Notes under the pieces: model-generated
Databases searched by the model: none
The model's input: only the letters and a program-made list of their open reading frames with translations
Told to the model about the DNA's origin: nothing
Translations under genes and position numbers: made by a program
Virus record (IMG/VR): IMGVR_UViG_3300045988_067749
Coordinates: 1-39,781 of that record
Length of the DNA stretch: 39,781 nt
Reading direction: 5' to 3' (one strand)
Source: a virus
Part shown: positions 36,968 through 39,781 of the stretch, in pieces
How positions within the stretch are numbered: position 1 is the stretch's first letter
Layout of the letters: each line of letters opens with the position of its first letter

Positions 36968-38083
36968 TTAGCGGCAGGTCACCACGTCGCCCGGGTAATA
37001 GACGTTGATGTTGCCGGAGGGGACGGTGCAGCGGTTGACGCTGTAACCGTGTGAGGTGGCGAACTCCCATACCGTGTCACCGTACTGGATGGTCTTGGAG
37101 ACCCCGTTGGACGGCATGGTTGCGGAGACTCCGCCGTAGGTGACGACATCGCCCACGTAGTAGCGGTTGATGTCACCGCTTGGCGTGTGCCATGCGGACA
37201 GGGGCCATGCGTTGTAGGCTACGGCAAGTCCCCAGACAGTCTCGCCCCACTGCATGACGTGGCTGATGCCTCCAGTGCTGGGAGTGGGCTGGGGGTTGTT
37301 CGGCTGCACGGGCGCGGCCTGTGTGGCCGGTGGCGTGGAGTCGCCGGCGGGGTTGGCGTACAGGTCCCACTGCCATGCGTCGCCACGGAAGATGTTGAGG
37401 TCGATGGGACTCCACGTGTTGACGACACCGGTGCCGCTGTATTGGCGCATGGCCTCGCCGTATGCGCCGATCATCCACGGGTTGGCCTGATAGCCGGTCG
37501 GGCTCATGTTGGCGTATTGGGCGATCCACAGGCCGTATCGGTCGCGGATGTCCTGCGGGATGGTGCCGGCGACTGGGCCGGTGTACAGCAATGGGCGCAC
37601 GCCGCCCGACAGGCGTTCGCACTCATTCATGAAGCGGCGTACCCAGTCCCAGTCGCCCCATGCGGGGTTGTCGTCCATCTCCCAGTCGAGCGCCACGATG
37701 CCGTGACGCCAATAGTTCGACGTATTCCGGTAGAAGAATTGGGCCTCGGCCTCCGGGTTGCCTCCCATGGCGTAGTGGTAGAGGCCGAATTTCTTGCCGG
37801 ACGCCTGCGCCTGGGCGATCATGCGGTTGGCGTCGGTGTTCACACCGGACACGAGGCAGTTGTTGTTGACCTGTCCGGTGCCCCATGTGGTGCCGACCAC
37901 GATGAAATCGGCCTGCATGTTATACACGTCCGCGCCGCACTGCCAGTTGCTCATGTCCACGCCCTGCATGTCCGCGTGCGCGGTCGCTGGAAGCAGCATC
38001 ATGCAGATGGCGGCGGCCAGTGCCGTGACCTTGGCGAACAGGCGCTTATGCCATGGCTTCGGCTTGTCCTTGTTATTGACCAT
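36968..38083 (-). CDS. Endolysin: GH25 muramidase with an N-terminal signal sequence and two C-terminal LysM-like repeats (371 aa)
   Basis: The signal sequence is MVNNKDKPKPWHKRLFAKVTALAAAICMMLLPATAHA. The GH25 region is GVDMSNWQ...FGLYHY. The repeats are WGETVWGLAVAY... and YGDTVWEFATSHG... Confidence 0.85.
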   Translation of the reverse strand: MVNNKDKPKPWHKRLFAKVTALAAAICMMLLPATAHADMQGVDMSNWQCGADVYNMQADFIVVGTTWGTGQVNNNCLVSGVNTDANRMIAQAQASGKKFGLYHYAMGGNPEAEAQFFYRNTSNYWRHGIVALDWEMDDNPAWGDWDWVRRFMNECERLSGGVRPLLYTGPVAGTIPQDIRDRYGLWIAQYANMSPTGYQANPWMIGAYGEAMRQYSGTGVVNTWSPIDLNIFRGDAWQWDLYANPAGDSTPPATQAAPVQPNNPQPTPSTGGISHVMQWGETVWGLAVAYNAWPLSAWHTPSGDINRYYVGDVVTYGGVSATMPSNGVSKTIQYGDTVWEFATSHGYSVNRCTVPSGNINVYYPGDVVTCR

Positions 38084-38213
38084 ATGTCCCCTTTCTCGGG
38101 ATGGATTGTTGTTTGTGGCCCACGGTCGTGGGTCAGGATTGTCACGGCCCACTCGGGGCCGTCAATGAAAAAGCCACCCCGGAATGGGATGGCTTTGAAA
38201 ACCGGTGTGAAAA

Positions 38214-38300
38214 TCAATGCCTGTGCGCGCCATGATTGAACACGAGGATGAGCGCGAGCAGCAGCAGGTATATGCAGCCTGCGATCATGAGATGCGTCAT
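38214..38300 (-). CDS. 28-aa TM micro-peptide, ATGA-coupled to the upstream gene
   Basis: It translates MTHLMIAGCIYLLLLALILVFNHGAHRH. Its ATG overlaps the upstream TGA. Confidence 0.45.
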   Translation of the reverse strand: MTHLMIAGCIYLLLLALILVFNHGAHRH

Positions 38301-38686
38301 TGCCGGTCCTCCAAATATTTTTCGGCTGCGTTGACGATCCAGCATTGCGCGTCCAATTTCTCAAGCTTCGACAGCTCGTAGCTGACGGCCTCGCTGTGGT
38401 CGGTGTCCTTGTCGCCGTAGATCAGGCTGATGATCGTGTTTTTGATCGTGTCACGGCAGAGCTCGTCCATACGGTCGTCGAATTTCTCGGTGCGTTCGCC
38501 GAGTTGTCGCGTCTTGGCGAAATGCTGCGACAGCGGCGAATCGTAAGGCAAGCGTTCCGGCCTGACGTGCGAGTACAGGCCGGTCGCCAGCGCATCCAAC
38601 GCGCCCGGCCAGACTTTAAGCAGCAGGGTGATGAGGGCGCACGCGCCACCCACACCCCCGAAACCGGCTAGAAAATTCTGCAGCAC
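38297..38686 (-). CDS. N-terminally membrane-anchored protein (129 aa, GTG start)
   Basis: The GTG at 38686 has AAGGAG 7 nt upstream. It translates MLQNFLAGFGGVGGACALITLLLKVWPGAL... followed by a soluble helical domain. Confidence 0.6.
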   Translation of the reverse strand: MLQNFLAGFGGVGGACALITLLLKVWPGALDALATGLYSHVRPERLPYDSPLSQHFAKTRQLGERTEKFDDRMDELCRDTIKNTIISLIYGDKDTDHSEAVSYELSKLEKLDAQCWIVNAAEKYLEDRQ

Positions 38687-38708
38687 ATTACATCTCCTTA
38701 AAATTCTG

Positions 38709-39113
38709 TCATTGCCAGGGCATCGTGTCACCGTCGAACCAGACAAGGCCATACTGCCGCAAGCGTCCCCAATCGTCCTGCGAGTACATGCCGATCCGGT
38801 TGATCGTCACCGAAACGCCCTCGCCGTCGCTGCAGCACAGCGAGCAATTGCCGACACCGTAAACGCCAGCCAATGTCGTGGAACCGCTATATATCGTCCG
38901 GCAGTTTTCCAGTTTGAAGGCGTCGCGTCTGCTCGTACTGAAATCAACCGCAACCACACAGTCATGCGTGACTCCGTGCAATATCGCAGCCCAGTTGTGG
39001 GCTTGGCCGGTGTAGACGTATTTGCCATCACTGTTTTTCTCGATGCCAGCCAGCCAAGTGGCGAGTGGCCGCAAGGCTTTCGGATCGGCATACAGGTTGG
39101 TGATGAGACTCAT
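38709..39113 (-). CDS. CBM-like minor tail 'GDTMP' paralog 1 (134 aa)
   Basis: It translates MSLITNLYADPKAL...LVWFDGDTMPWQ. It shares an N-terminal NL-x-x-x-P motif and a C-terminal F-x-GDTMP motif with the next two genes. Confidence 0.7.
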   Translation of the reverse strand: MSLITNLYADPKALRPLATWLAGIEKNSDGKYVYTGQAHNWAAILHGVTHDCVVAVDFSTSRRDAFKLENCRTIYSGSTTLAGVYGVGNCSLCCSDGEGVSVTINRIGMYSQDDWGRLRQYGLVWFDGDTMPWQ

Positions 39114-39132
39114 GCCACCACCCCCGTGAGGG

Positions 39133-39498
39133 TCAGGCGAGCGGCATCGTGTCCCCGGTGAAATATCCGATGCTGTCGAGCAGGGTCTTGTTCGCCTGAT
39201 ATTCGTCCCACGTGCAGATGAGCATACTGGTCACTGTGACGGTCGGATTGCCGGACTTGACGGAATAAATCATTCCCATCGTACTGGTATCGTTGGCGGT
39301 TAGCGCGTAGCCGACACGTCGGCTCGCACTGACGTCGCCACACGCGCTCATCGAGATAGTGCCGCCGGTGACGGACACATAGGCGCTGACCCAATATTTC
39401 GTCCCTGGCTTTTTCGGAATGGTCGTGATATTCACCCACTTGCCTGCTCGCAGGGTGATGGTCGAGGATGGGCTCGTGCATAGGTTCGTGACCATCAT
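39133..39498 (-). CDS. CBM-like minor tail 'GDTMP' paralog 2 (121 aa)
   Basis: It translates MMVTNLCTSPSST...LLDSIGYFTGDTMPLA. Confidence 0.7.
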   Translation of the reverse strand: MMVTNLCTSPSSTITLRAGKWVNITTIPKKPGTKYWVSAYVSVTGGTISMSACGDVSASRRVGYALTANDTSTMGMIYSVKSGNPTVTVTSMLICTWDEYQANKTLLDSIGYFTGDTMPLA

Positions 39499-39781
39499 CG
39501 GGCATCACCGTCCCGGTGCGCGGCGTCAGCCGAGCGGCATGGTGTCGCCGGTGAAGAAGCCCGGAAGCCCCCAATGGCAGTGTCGTAAGTGGACTTGGAT
39601 TCGAGGAGGATGTCGCGAATCAGTATGAATTTGCCGACCGTGGACGGTGGCAAGACACGTATAAGCAATTGCGTCGTGTTGGCTGGAATCGTGATGTCCG
39701 CGTCAATTCCCTTCGTCTGATCGTCTGCGATGCCGGTCTCGTGCAGGATGGTGAACCCGTTGCCGACGCCCGCATGGACGC
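39495..39781 (-). CDS. CBM-like 'GDTMP' paralog 3, C-terminal part, with an apparent 1-nt frameshift before the conserved C-terminus
   Basis: It continues from base 1 as ...ADDQTKGIDADITIPANTTQLLIRVLPPSTVGKFILIRDILLESKSTYDTAIGG. The zero frame then reads FRASSPATPCRSADAAHRDGDAR* (stop 39495-97). The conserved GFFTGDTMPLG* (stop 39526-28) lies in the +1 frame. Confidence 0.6.
   Translation of the reverse strand, partial: VHAGVGNGFTILHETGIADDQTKGIDADITIPANTTQLLIRVLPPSTVGKFILIRDILLESKSTYDTAIGGFRASSPATPCRSADAAHRDGDAR

Overview
The window is one complete temperate siphovirus or prophage genome from a high-GC Gram-positive host. An actinobacterial, Bifidobacterium-like host is my guess from composition and protein style only. 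Bases 1-55 are identical to 39727-39781 and a gene reads across that junction, so the unique circle is about 39,726 bp. Almost all genes are on the minus strand. In transcription order they run as follows:
- An early operon starting at 32692: Cro-like HTH, Xis-like HTH, YqaJ exonuclease, RecT, SSB, resolvase-like nuclease, and a replication initiator with an embedded iteron origin.
- About 12 small genes, including a Lar-like anti-restriction protein.
- A Zn-ribbon/HTH regulator, then tRNA-Trp plus an adjacent tRNA-like element.
- HNH, TerS, TerL, portal, protease, HK97-type capsid, and head-tail joining genes.
- A major tail protein with a -1 frameshift into an Ig-like domain, G/GT chaperones with a -1 frameshift, tape measure, Dit, and a 1622-aa Tal/fibre.
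- Three tandem CBM-like 'GDTMP' paralogs, then the lysis cassette.

Plus-strand islands are:
- The lysogeny module: XRE repressor, ImmA-like protease, lipoprotein, and integrase with an attP carrying a tRNA 3' fragment.
- A promoter-bearing moron cassette at 19977-21046.
- One ORF in a low-GC island at 31656-32111.

The best candidates for uncharacterised biology are:
- A Panacea (DUF4065) antitoxin-like gene coupled to an unclassified two-TM protein (34198-35073).
- The plus-strand micro-peptide/HTH/unknown cassette (19977-21046).
- Two non-canonical tRNA-like elements.
- The low-GC island with convergently overlapping ORFs.

All calls come from reading the sequence and the ORF track. No database search was run. 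Family names are motif-based recognition and need HMM or structure confirmation.
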